Below, piece by piece: positions 8,386 through 17,481 of a stretch of DNA of 64,000 nt. Every line of letters begins with the position of its first letter. Positions within the stretch are counted from its first letter, which is position 1. This DNA comes from a virus. Under the pieces are notes generated by a model. It was not told the origin of the DNA. It did not search any database and saw only the letters and a list, made by a program, of their open reading frames with translations. The translations under genes and the position numbers were made by a program. Where the stretch lies: IMG/VR virus record IMGVR_UViG_3300045988_108174, one strand, 5' to 3'.

Positions 8386-9192
8386 ATGATAACATCAGTA
8401 AAAATAAAAGACAATACAAAAACTCCATTTGAATATGTTTCGGATATAGAAGCATTTGAAAATGGCAGAGAATTTATTTTCAAGCCAGGAGTGAATGTGA
8501 TTATAGGGAAAAACGGTAGTGGAAAATCAACCTTGCTTAACATCATATCAATGTATGCGTTATGCGAGAAGTCCATGTGCTCTGAAATACCGATCGAGGC
8601 ACTGGATTTTCCACCTATATTTGATGATGATGACAAGGTTCTTGATGGGATTGACATATTATCCGATTATGCAGGAAAGGTATTCCGTTTATTGCCATCG
8701 GCGGAGATGAATCGAGATAGCGTATTGAAAAACATCAGCAACTTAGATTTGTATGTGAATAATATTCGAAGATCTTATGGAGAGAAAGTGGTGTTATCAT
8801 TGGAATCACTTTTCAATTTAATGTTCGGTCAAAAGGATTATACGTTTCCAATACAAGATCTTGTAGAATACAAGAAAAAATCAAATGCGTTTTGGATTAA
8901 AAGGATTGATAGTCTGTTGAAGTATTATAAAAGAAACCGCATAACATTAGCAGAAAGCAGTTTTGAATACACGGTTCTCATGGATGAGCCAGACAGGAAT
9001 CTTGACATTGACAATATAATGCAAATTTATAATGTATTGTCATTCCATAAACTACAAACGCAAATTATAGCCATAGTACACAATCCGGCATTGATTTACA
9101 AGTTAAGCAAATTAGATTGTGTGAATTTCATAGAGATGACAGAAGGATATCTAAAGGATGTTGTCAATTTCATAAGTGAAACAAATAAATGA
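8386..9192 (+). CDS. Compact ABC-type ATPase (RecF/SbcC/OLD-N-like)
   Basis: Walker A GKNGSGKST, signature-like RSYGEK, Walker B VLMDEPDRNLD, H-loop IVHNP. Confidence 0.75.
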   Translation: MITSVKIKDNTKTPFEYVSDIEAFENGREFIFKPGVNVIIGKNGSGKSTLLNIISMYALCEKSMCSEIPIEALDFPPIFDDDDKVLDGIDILSDYAGKVFRLLPSAEMNRDSVLKNISNLDLYVNNIRRSYGEKVVLSLESLFNLMFGQKDYTFPIQDLVEYKKKSNAFWIKRIDSLLKYYKRNRITLAESSFEYTVLMDEPDRNLDIDNIMQIYNVLSFHKLQTQIIAIVHNPALIYKLSKLDCVNFIEMTEGYLKDVVNFISETNK

Positions 9193-9198
9193 AAGAGA

Positions 9199-9552
9199 AT
9201 GAGAAAAGAACTGAAAATAATAGGATCAAGAGATCGGCACGTATTTACAGCGACATTCATTCGTTTTGGATTCAGGGATGGGTATAAAGGACCTGTAAAG
9301 ACAATACTTTTACAAGACGTGTTACTCGATGGCAAAATAGTAACAGATCATTTGTGGTTTGATTTGACAAAAGGATTCGAAAGCGCCGATTTATTACCAA
9401 GCGATGTGGTTGAGTTTTGTGCAAGGGTTAGTATTTACGAGAAAGGATATAAAGGATATAGGAATGACGTATTCGATAGGCCGATAGAAAAGGATTATCG
9501 ATTGTCAAGACCAACAAAGATTAAAAAGATTAGGAAGAAATCAATAGATTGA
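9199..9552 (+). CDS. Hypothetical protein
   Basis: 117 aa, directly after the ATPase. Confidence 0.5.
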   Translation: MRKELKIIGSRDRHVFTATFIRFGFRDGYKGPVKTILLQDVLLDGKIVTDHLWFDLTKGFESADLLPSDVVEFCARVSIYEKGYKGYRNDVFDRPIEKDYRLSRPTKIKKIRKKSID

Positions 9553-9652
9553 CATACTACCGCGAACTTTAGGTGTGGGAGTATGTCAAAGAGATGACAG
9601 AAGGGCATCTTAGTAAAACTTGTATATTTGTGTCTAATTAATTAAAGGTGAG

Positions 9653-9961
9653 ATGAACTGGAAGAAATTCAAAGAGGAAAAACCTTCAGAGGGAGAAGAA
9701 GTGTTGGCTTATCACCCAAGTTGGATAGATGAAGATTTCAACCCAAGAGGTATAAGAATAGGGTTTTGGAATGGAGGAGACGATTTTAAATCGGCTCATT
9801 GGTGGGATTATCAAGATTGTTATATCACAATCTCTCATTGTGATTGTGATGATAATTCTCTTTTCAGTGATAGAATAAAAAACAGCATAGAGCCAGAGTT
9901 ATGGATATCACTTGATGTTATTACAAATTACTTACCTGATATAAAACAAAATCACTTATAA
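9653..9961 (+). CDS. Hypothetical protein
   Basis: 102 aa. Confidence 0.5.
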   Translation: MNWKKFKEEKPSEGEEVLAYHPSWIDEDFNPRGIRIGFWNGGDDFKSAHWWDYQDCYITISHCDCDDNSLFSDRIKNSIEPELWISLDVITNYLPDIKQNHL

Positions 9962-9963
9962 CA

Positions 9964-10347
9964 ATGAGCTATTTTATATTAATGGGGAGAAGGATTCCCA
10001 AGCAAGCTATAACAGGCTTTAAGTTTCAAAATGAAACAGATAACATTCGTCCTTTCCTATCAATCAGGATAAGAGGGAAGGAGGAAATTATACCATTTAA
10101 AGATAAAAGGGAAATACTGTCCGTGAAAGCGCATCTAGGTTCTGTCTTCTCCGGATTTGTGAAAATAGGTGACTGGTATCTCAAGATGTCGGAGGTTAAG
10201 GAATATAAGCCGGTAACTGCCGAGGATATGAACCCCTACATCTTGTTTAAGACATCTAAGTTCGGGAACATAAAAGTTCGTTTCCAAAAAGATGAAGATA
10301 TGAATGCAGAATTATTGATATTGGATCAACTTTTTGATGTGGAATAA
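9964..10347 (+). CDS. Hypothetical protein
   Basis: 127 aa. Confidence 0.5.
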   Translation: MSYFILMGRRIPKQAITGFKFQNETDNIRPFLSIRIRGKEEIIPFKDKREILSVKAHLGSVFSGFVKIGDWYLKMSEVKEYKPVTAEDMNPYILFKTSKFGNIKVRFQKDEDMNAELLILDQLFDVE

Positions 10348-10376
10348 ATTAGTAATCACCTTTTATAAATCAAGCT

Positions 10377-10628
10377 ATGACCTGGAAAGAATTGAAAGAC
10401 AAAATATCTCTTATGACAGAAGAAGAGCAACAGCAGGAAGTTGCAGTTTGGGGAGAATATCTGAATTTGATGAAAGATTGCTCCTTGGAGAAAACAAATG
10501 AGAATATGTACTACAACTCTGAATGGGATTATACTCTTGAAGAGAGTGAATTGGAACCGGAAGACAAGAATGACCCTGATGTACATAGGGTATATGAAGC
10601 AGGAATGTATTATATTTATTCGAATTGA
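10377..10628 (+). CDS. Hypothetical acidic protein
   Basis: 83 aa. Confidence 0.45.
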   Translation: MTWKELKDKISLMTEEEQQQEVAVWGEYLNLMKDCSLEKTNENMYYNSEWDYTLEESELEPEDKNDPDVHRVYEAGMYYIYSN

Positions 10629-10646
10629 TTTTAAAAAGATCTGATT

Positions 10647-11393
10647 ATGGCAGCATTAACAACACTAAATATAACGGAAAAGAACGCTAATAACAGTTTG
10701 TCCGTAACTGTTAAAGTGAATGTCACCAAAGAAGGAGTGTTTACCACTACCTTGTCAAAAGAAGATGTGGATAAGATTCATTCTTATGGGATCAAATTAC
10801 CTACAAACAGATTAGGCAACGAAGGATATTTCAATAGTATAGCACTTTCTGATTTGGAAAGTCAAATCAGGGAAGTTCTGAAGAGATGTTTAAGTTATAA
10901 AATAGTAGAAGAAGTGCCTGTTATTAAGTATCAACTGGAAACGAATTGCATGTTTTCCTATGACAAAAACGGAAATATTGTCCCTAACCCCTCTAAGGAA
11001 TGGACAGGAAATGATGAGAATGGAAAATGGAGGGATGGAACTTCCCGTTTAGATGCCTTAAACACCCAACCTTTCGGTTTTAGTGTTTATGCAAAACCAT
11101 TTCTAAAAAGAGTAATTGAATATGGTAATAGAGAGACAAAAGTAGAATACGGCAGGTTAAATACAGAAAAAGGAACTTATGCGCACTGGCTGAATTATGT
11201 AACATGCATATCATACAATCGATATAAGCCGGTAATGGAAGTGGAATGCAACGAATGCACCTCAAAATTATTCGTTGATATGATCAAATCTATTTGTGAG
11301 ATAAGTGAACAAGTCAAGAGTTTTATCAATCCAGAACAAATAAAAGCAATTGCGGAGTCAAATGAACCGATTTTGCTTTTATCTAACAACTAA
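10647..11393 (+). CDS. Hypothetical protein (248 aa)
   Basis: Long ORF. Confidence 0.6.
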   Translation: MAALTTLNITEKNANNSLSVTVKVNVTKEGVFTTTLSKEDVDKIHSYGIKLPTNRLGNEGYFNSIALSDLESQIREVLKRCLSYKIVEEVPVIKYQLETNCMFSYDKNGNIVPNPSKEWTGNDENGKWRDGTSRLDALNTQPFGFSVYAKPFLKRVIEYGNRETKVEYGRLNTEKGTYAHWLNYVTCISYNRYKPVMEVECNECTSKLFVDMIKSICEISEQVKSFINPEQIKAIAESNEPILLLSNN

Positions 11394-11399
11394 AAAATC

Positions 11400-11540
11400 A
11401 TGAGGTATGTATGTGTTTTTATCTGCTTTCTGTTATGGCTTATTTTTACGTTGTTATTATCATTCACTGTCATAGGATTGGTTATAAGCGTGAGTGATGA
11501 ATGGCAGGAAATGGGTAACAAAATAATAGATAAACTTTAA
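11400..11540 (+). CDS. 46-aa hydrophobic single-TM peptide
   Basis: Small ORF MRYVCVFICFLLWLIFTLLLSFTVIGLVISV...; below the ORF-track cutoff. Confidence 0.25.
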   Translation: MRYVCVFICFLLWLIFTLLLSFTVIGLVISVSDEWQEMGNKIIDKL

Positions 11541-11546
11541 TAAAAT

Positions 11547-11792
11547 ATGAATAAGAATATAATCAACAACGCTCAACTTTTAGAGATTAAAACTAAGATT
11601 AGACAACTTGGAGCAATGATGAATGCATATCAATGCAGGTTTGTGGTTTTTTCGGGTCAATTGTTTTTTGTGGATGATGAATATGCTGGAACGGTTAAAC
11701 TGACTAATCTTGATAATGGAGAATCTAACATATCATTCCCTTCATGTGACGATGGATTGATAATCAATCCAGCCGATAAGCATATTAAATAA
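11547..11792 (+). CDS. Hypothetical protein
   Basis: 81 aa. Confidence 0.45.
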   Translation: MNKNIINNAQLLEIKTKIRQLGAMMNAYQCRFVVFSGQLFFVDDEYAGTVKLTNLDNGESNISFPSCDDGLIINPADKHIK

Positions 11793-11836
11793 TTTCAAAA
11801 CTAAAAATATTTAAATTAATTAAACAATAATAAGAC

Positions 11837-12088
11837 ATGAAACAAGATATAGAATATGCTGTTCCTCTTTTTAAAGCTGGTGCAGAATGGCGCATTAACA
11901 GCGTGTGGCACGATGCAAGAGAAAAGCCAGACAAAGGGAAGCTGCTCATTGTGGAGGATATTGACGGTGCTTATGATTTGGTCTATTTAACCAAGAGCAA
12001 GCCATGGGAAGAACTTTCAGAAAAGGATCATTATATGCGCTGGGCATACATCGAGGACTTGCTCCCATGCGAAGAAGAAAGGGGGTGA
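11837..12088 (+). CDS. Hypothetical protein; paralogue of 12356..12667
   Basis: Shared motifs AGAEWRINSVWHDA and RWAYIEDLLP. Confidence 0.55.
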   Translation: MKQDIEYAVPLFKAGAEWRINSVWHDAREKPDKGKLLIVEDIDGAYDLVYLTKSKPWEELSEKDHYMRWAYIEDLLPCEEERG

Positions 12089-12090
12089 TA

Positions 12091-12339
12091 ATGAATAAAA
12101 AATTAAGAAATGCCATAAAGAAAGCAGAAAACAAACAAAACGAAGCGGACCTTGCACTGCAATCCATTTGGGAACATCTTGCTTTCTCAGGATTTAGAGA
12201 TAATGAGCCTAATTTGAGCATGGCTTCAGGAAATGAAATCATACTTGAATGGAACGGTTCAGAAATGAATGCGAATGAGATTATAGACCGTATGGAATCA
12301 GTAGGATATATAACTCCCGATGATTTTATTGGAGGTTAG
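12091..12339 (+). CDS. Hypothetical protein (83 aa; ORF track extends it upstream to 12004)
   Basis: ATG at 12091 preceded by AGGGGGTGA; the upstream extension overlaps the previous gene. Confidence 0.45.
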   Translation: MNKKLRNAIKKAENKQNEADLALQSIWEHLAFSGFRDNEPNLSMASGNEIILEWNGSEMNANEIIDRMESVGYITPDDFIGG

Positions 12340-12667
12340 ATTAAAGTATAAAATTATGAAAAGAGAAGATATTGAAAAAGCAGCAAAAGATTATTCCATA
12401 GGTCTTAAAGAAGTGGATGCAGACGATTATGTTCTACGCAAGGATAATTGCCGTGAAGACTTCATGGCGGGTGCAGAATGGAGCATCAACAGCGCGTGGT
12501 ATGATGCAAGCGAAACACCACAACACAGTGGAATGTTGATTGCTATTAAACAAGATGGAACTCCTATTGTCTGTGGGCCAAATAACTCTAATTGGAAAAT
12601 AGCTGTTAGAATTTTCCATATCGTAAGATGGGCATACATCGAAAATTTACTGCCTATTACATGTTGA
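12320..12667 (+). CDS. Hypothetical protein; paralogue of 11837..12088 (probable start ATG 12356)
   Basis: AGAEWSINSAWYDA and RWAYIENLLP motifs. Confidence 0.55.
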   Translation: MILLEVRLKYKIMKREDIEKAAKDYSIGLKEVDADDYVLRKDNCREDFMAGAEWSINSAWYDASETPQHSGMLIAIKQDGTPIVCGPNNSNWKIAVRIFHIVRWAYIENLLPITC

Positions 12668-12688
12668 ATAATATATTTTCACGAGATC

Positions 12689-12904
12689 ATGACCGATAGA
12701 GAGCTTCTTGAAGAAAACAATAAAATACTAAAAGAAATTATAAATTTTGTAAGGAAAGTTGATTCTACTGAATACAGGGATCATCAAGACTTTATGGAAT
12801 TTCTGAGGAATGTGGCAGCCGATATATGGGTGGAATATACGGAGCCTGAACAAAGAAGTAAGTTGTTTAATCTAATGAATAAAAAAAATGAAAACAGTTT
12901 TTGA
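12689..12904 (+). CDS. Hypothetical protein
   Basis: 71 aa. Confidence 0.4.
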   Translation: MTDRELLEENNKILKEIINFVRKVDSTEYRDHQDFMEFLRNVAADIWVEYTEPEQRSKLFNLMNKKNENSF

Positions 12905-13556
12905 TTTAAGCAGAGATGAGATTGTGGCATTGACAGACGAAGAGATAAGTCTGTATATAGACAAAGAGCTTGTTGGTAAGGGTATTCCAATTGAAGCTAA
13001 AAATTGGAATATAAAGAACGAAAAAGAAGTCGTGTATCCAAGAACGGGAGTTCCAGTATTTATGTTAAAAGATATCGGCATCGGTTTTAGAACCATAGAA
13101 GGTGCAACTGAGGTGGCTAATTTGCTTATTAAATATAATGCATTTAAAATGGAATCAAAGTTTCTGATAGGATCGTATGAGCAGTTTTGGATCATAAATG
13201 GAAGTGTTTGCCCAGCCATTACAGGAGAAGCGGGATATAGCAAGGAAGAGTTTGATAAGGTAAACAAGGAAAACAAAGATCCAGAATTGGAAAGTATAAA
13301 TTCTTTCAATGATACTGTGAAAAAAGCCAATGAAATCAAAGACAGGGTATTGAAATACGTGGACAAGATAAAACGGGAGCGTGCGTACAACATCGACCTT
13401 TGCATGACTTTCGAAAGATATATTGAGATAGCAGATAAAGATGCGGAGCGGGCTATGGCTTTCTTGAAAGAAGCCTACCCGTTTAATGAAGAAACAGAAG
13501 TCTTTATCAGGAAAAGATACAATATGTCTATCGATGTTGACCCGGAAGAAAATTAA
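12888..13556 (+). CDS. Hypothetical protein (222 aa)
   Basis: Long ORF. Confidence 0.6.
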   Translation: MKTVFDLSRDEIVALTDEEISLYIDKELVGKGIPIEAKNWNIKNEKEVVYPRTGVPVFMLKDIGIGFRTIEGATEVANLLIKYNAFKMESKFLIGSYEQFWIINGSVCPAITGEAGYSKEEFDKVNKENKDPELESINSFNDTVKKANEIKDRVLKYVDKIKRERAYNIDLCMTFERYIEIADKDAERAMAFLKEAYPFNEETEVFIRKRYNMSIDVDPEEN

Positions 13557-13624
13557 TTTATATTAAATCATTTTGTTTCTTATTAAGCAACAAAAGACAT
13601 ATCTTTGTCCGAAAAAAAAACAGA

Positions 13625-13879
13625 ATGGAAGAAAAAGAGATAAAAGAAGCTATGATTGAAGCCCTAACGCACTTAGAGGGGTGTAAGTATTTCGTAGCTA
13701 CGATAGTAAATGAAGAGGAAAGAAGATTTGATATGAGCCTAAGAATGTCACAACATCAATTGGCATTAATTATAAAAGGCATCTTATCTAATAATGAGAT
13801 GATGATGATGGATGTTTTGCAGTGGTGTTCTGAAAGATTTAAAAACAGTATAGAGAAAGGAAAGAAATCAACTAATTAA
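13625..13879 (+). CDS. Hypothetical protein
   Basis: 84 aa. Confidence 0.45.
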   Translation: MEEKEIKEAMIEALTHLEGCKYFVATIVNEEERRFDMSLRMSQHQLALIIKGILSNNEMMMMDVLQWCSERFKNSIEKGKKSTN

Positions 13880-13890
13880 ATATTAATACA

Positions 13891-14361
13891 ATGAATCGCT
13901 GGTTTGAAATTACGGTAAAAGCCGAGATTGATAATATCGAGAACGGCAAAAAAAAGAAGGTAACTGAAAAGTATTTAGTGGATGCCTTGTCTTACACAGA
14001 GGCAGAATCAAGATCGTTGGAGATCTTCAAGGATTTGTACAATTCTTTCGAGGTTGTAAAAATTAATCCTATTAAAGTGTCGGAAATCTTCTTCAACGGA
14101 GAGGCTGAGTACTGGTATAAGTGTAAGGTGAATTACATTACACTGGATGAAAAGAAAGGTAAAGAAAAGAAAACACCATGCTATATGTATGTCCAGGCCG
14201 GCAATCCCAAGGATGCCGAAGCTGTGTTGACTAAAGGCATGCAGGGTACGTTGGGCGACTGGAATTGCGAAGCTATTGCTGAAACGAAGATCATAGACGT
14301 ATTCAAATACGATCTTCAGAAGGGAGCTGAAAAATTAGGCGAGAAGAAGAGTGAAGAGTAA
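13891..14361 (+). CDS. Hypothetical protein
   Basis: 156 aa. Confidence 0.55.
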   Translation: MNRWFEITVKAEIDNIENGKKKKVTEKYLVDALSYTEAESRSLEIFKDLYNSFEVVKINPIKVSEIFFNGEAEYWYKCKVNYITLDEKKGKEKKTPCYMYVQAGNPKDAEAVLTKGMQGTLGDWNCEAIAETKIIDVFKYDLQKGAEKLGEKKSEE

Positions 14362-14590
14362 GGCTGATGTAGTTTCCAACATAGCGCTTGTTGTGGCGAT
14401 AATATCATTGCTTTCAGCAGGCGCTTTCCTTCTGATAGTGATTAAGACAGACGAGGTATCTAAATTATTAATGAACGTACCTTATCTACTGGCTTCAGTG
14501 GGATTGTTCTTTTCAATAATATCATTATTATTCGAATGGAAAGCAAGGAAAAGAAGCTATACGTCTGCGAACGATGCGGACGAAAAGTGA
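14351..14590 (+). CDS. Small membrane protein with two predicted TM helices
   Basis: 79 aa, two hydrophobic stretches and a charged C-terminus. Confidence 0.5.
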   Translation: MKSKADVVSNIALVVAIISLLSAGAFLLIVIKTDEVSKLLMNVPYLLASVGLFFSIISLLFEWKARKRSYTSANDADEK

Positions 14591-15057
14591 TGATAAGAAG
14601 TCATGGCTTATGCCAGGCTTGCAGGAGCAAAGAGTTGACTCCGAAGAAAAAAAACGGAATTACATCCATTAAAAACAGCAGCAAGAAGAAAAAGTTAGAG
14701 AACCCGGATTTATCCGGGTTTTTTCGTCTTATGTTGGAGGAGTTGAGTACTATTCGAATGTCTATGACTGGTAAGGCTATTCATTTTCCTACAGTATGTA
14801 ACGTCTGTCACATACTTCCGAAAAGGATATATAAGTCGGTTGCTACTTGCAGGGATAATATAGTTTTCCTTCATGAATCGGAGCATACGGTATTCGACAT
14901 GTATCTTGACCGGATGGAATTTGATAAACTTGAAACAGAATTTCCTTTTGTATGGAAGTATGCGGTAAAGAAGGTACTGGATATGGAAAGCAGGGGAATG
15001 ATCAAAGAAAGAGGTAGGTTGATTATTGAAATAATTGACAGATATAACCCCAAATAG
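14536..15057 (+). CDS. Zinc-ribbon protein
   Basis: N-terminal CERCGRKV-x10-CQAC; 173 aa. Confidence 0.55.
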   Translation: MESKEKKLYVCERCGRKVMIRSHGLCQACRSKELTPKKKNGITSIKNSSKKKKLENPDLSGFFRLMLEELSTIRMSMTGKAIHFPTVCNVCHILPKRIYKSVATCRDNIVFLHESEHTVFDMYLDRMEFDKLETEFPFVWKYAVKKVLDMESRGMIKERGRLIIEIIDRYNPK

Positions 15058-15411
15058 TATTAACCTGATATAATTCTATTATAAAAGTTTAATACATCTC
15101 TTTCAGAGATCGGGTTATTAGCCTAAGCCTTGAAACAAAGGCTACGTTATTTGAGAATAGATAGTTACCTACGGATGTTTACCCAAGTTCGTAGCTCTAA
15201 GAATGGTGGTTAAACAGGAGTAGTGTATTTGACGAAACAGTGTTGCCATTATATAAAACCTCTTATAACATTGGCGATGGGTACTAACAGGATGAAATAT
15301 TCCTGACTTATCCCTAACGGGATTTACATCTACCTCGGAGACCGAAAGGTCTCCGAGGGGATGTATTAAAACAGATGAATAGCTTTAAATATATTTAATA
15401 GAATATGGGAT
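15058..15411 (+). other. About 350-bp ORF-less, hairpin-rich region; candidate structured ncRNA or control region
   Basis: No ORF of 60 aa or more on either strand; multiple hairpins including an 11-bp GAAA-loop stem. Confidence 0.4.
15333..15358 (+). other. Perfect 11-bp hairpin cctcggagacc-GAAA-ggtctccgagg
   Basis: Seen directly; GNRA tetraloop; no T-run after it. Confidence 0.6.
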
Positions 15412-15588
15412 ATGAGAAAAAAATATAAGGTTACAATAGAAGCTGACGATGAAATTATTTTCATTGCCAACGTAAAAAGAGGAGAGAGTGAGAGAGAAAT
15501 TGATTTTGAGGGAGCAGCCGCAGATATGGATGAGACTGTAACTGTGTTGTATTATGTTAAAGAGGAATTAATTGAGAAATTGCGATGA
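15412..15588 (+). CDS. Hypothetical 58-aa acidic protein
   Basis: ATGA overlap with the next gene; below the ORF-track cutoff. Confidence 0.35.
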   Translation: MRKKYKVTIEADDEIIFIANVKRGESEREIDFEGAAADMDETVTVLYYVKEELIEKLR

Positions 15589-16904
15589 TAGAACAGAAAA
15601 TAAAAATATTGACAGATTTAGGGTTTGTACCTATGGTGGAGGGAAAAGGAAATACGTTGTTTAGAATGAACGATGTTGTGATGTCGGTGTCAGATCCTAA
15701 TCAAACACCGGAGCAGTTGAAGAAGGAGGTTATGTCTTTAATAAAGAACAGAGACATAGCGGAAAGAGGTGGACAGGTTCCAGTAGTTGAAGAGCCGGCG
15801 CCTGAGCCAGAGCAGGCCCAGAAGGAGGAACCGGAAGCTCCGGCGGAGGAAGCCGCTCCTAACCCCGGAGAAGAGGATTCGAATCCGTTTACAGAAAATC
15901 AGGAAACGTTAGAACCGTTTTATATCTGTGATGAGTTAAAGAAGATCGAGACTCCCAAATTCGTAAGATTGACATTAGACGGTAATCGTTTTTATGTAAG
16001 AAAGATGGACGATGGGACAGCCAAGATATACGCCTCGGTAACAACCATGATCAGAGACGGATTCGTAGATGACAAGACGGCTCTTCAAGAATGGAGACAG
16101 GAGATGAGGATGATTGGTCGCAATCCGGAAGAAGTATCAGAATATGATGCAGATAAAGGAACGATCATGCACTACCTATACGGATTGTACTTGACAGGTA
16201 GAGATATGGTCTTAAATCGAAGTTTTATAGTTAAGACAGTGCAAGAAGGCAAGCTTAAAATATCAAAAAAGAATCTTGACAAATTCTTTGGTAGCATAGA
16301 TGATCTTGATGATATGATTGTCAGAGTTATGAAGTTTGCTAAGTTTTGTTCGGAGTATAAGGTTAAGCCGATGATGATTGAAAGAATATTGTCATTAGAA
16401 GATTATTTGGTAGCTACGCCGATAGATGCGATGGTTAAAATGACATTCAAATACAAAGAAGAAGGTTATTTTGGAGCCGTGTATCAAAGGGCTACGGGGC
16501 AGTTCAAAAAAGGCGATCCGAAGAAGGAAGTGAGAGAAGTGGAGAAAGAAGAGATTGTTATCTTAGATTTTAAATCAGGTGACATACGAAATGAACATGC
16601 TTTTCAATTGGAGGCTGAAAGGAGAATGGTTAAAAACTGGTACGGAATTGATGCACGTATTATGAATTTTTCTCCAAAAAGCACGAACAGTAAAGGTTAT
16701 ACGCTAAAAGAATGGTCTGATAAGAATGCTGCTATGGAGAAAGCGGACTGTGTGTTCCAACAAGGGATGTTGAATCATATCAGAAAAGATAAGAGGTTCA
16801 AAGTGAGAAAAGGAGTGCTGAATATCAATAAGCCGTACAATGAAGAGGATCATACGGTCGTGTATGATATTGCAGAGGAAATGTCTAAAAGATTCATAAT
16901 ATGA
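15585..16904 (+). CDS. Hypothetical 439-aa protein with acidic/Pro-rich linker; possible PD-(D/E)XK-like nuclease core
   Basis: Motif IVILDFKSGD...QLEAE resembles (I/V)D-K-G nuclease motifs; weak. Confidence 0.35.
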   Translation: MIEQKIKILTDLGFVPMVEGKGNTLFRMNDVVMSVSDPNQTPEQLKKEVMSLIKNRDIAERGGQVPVVEEPAPEPEQAQKEEPEAPAEEAAPNPGEEDSNPFTENQETLEPFYICDELKKIETPKFVRLTLDGNRFYVRKMDDGTAKIYASVTTMIRDGFVDDKTALQEWRQEMRMIGRNPEEVSEYDADKGTIMHYLYGLYLTGRDMVLNRSFIVKTVQEGKLKISKKNLDKFFGSIDDLDDMIVRVMKFAKFCSEYKVKPMMIERILSLEDYLVATPIDAMVKMTFKYKEEGYFGAVYQRATGQFKKGDPKKEVREVEKEEIVILDFKSGDIRNEHAFQLEAERRMVKNWYGIDARIMNFSPKSTNSKGYTLKEWSDKNAAMEKADCVFQQGMLNHIRKDKRFKVRKGVLNINKPYNEEDHTVVYDIAEEMSKRFII

Positions 16905-17134
16905 ACGATATTGTTATTCCTGAAGGAGATTATATAGAAATCGTAAAACCGATATGCATCAATCCTTTTGGTGATTATTTTATTAACATCAAAAGGGGTT
17001 CGAGATTAAGATTATCGAAAGATTTGAAAATAGGAGATAAATATGCAATATGTGTACTTGCATCTCATAAGAAATATGGCAAGACCATCGAAATAATAAT
17101 GCCTATATTGGTCAGAAATACAAGAAGAGTATGA
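16901..17134 (+). CDS. Hypothetical protein
   Basis: 77 aa; ATGA coupling. Confidence 0.45.
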   Translation: MNDIVIPEGDYIEIVKPICINPFGDYFINIKRGSRLRLSKDLKIGDKYAICVLASHKKYGKTIEIIMPILVRNTRRV

Positions 17135-17481
17135 AAAGAAAAATTAGAAGAACAGGAGAGATAATAGACGTAATCACTTTCAGTAGCTCAACTACAAGAA
17201 GCGACCATGACAGAATACAGTTCTATGGTGATAATGGGAATGTGATAAGTGAGAGTTTAAATTTTTATCTCGATACCCTTCCTGTAAATGACGAAAACAA
17301 AGATGTAGACTGGGAGCAACGTAGATTCGATCTTATCAAGGCTTATTCTATTGAGTTTGTTAAAGCACAAAATAGAAAAGGTGAAATAGATTGCGGAGTA
17401 TATGTACCAGATGTGGTGTCATGGTCTATAACTATAGCAGATAGAATCATAGAGGCGATGAGAGGAGTTAAAAATGCTTGA
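17131..17481 (+). CDS. Hypothetical protein
   Basis: 116 aa; ATGA coupling. Confidence 0.45.
   Translation: MKRKIRRTGEIIDVITFSSSTTRSDHDRIQFYGDNGNVISESLNFYLDTLPVNDENKDVDWEQRRFDLIKAYSIEFVKAQNRKGEIDCGVYVPDVVSWSITIADRIIEAMRGVKNA

Noticed and set aside
12004-12339. 111-aa ORF starting at 12004
   Set aside because: The 5' part overlaps the preceding paralogue gene. A shorter form from ATG 12091 with an upstream GGGGGTGA fits better.
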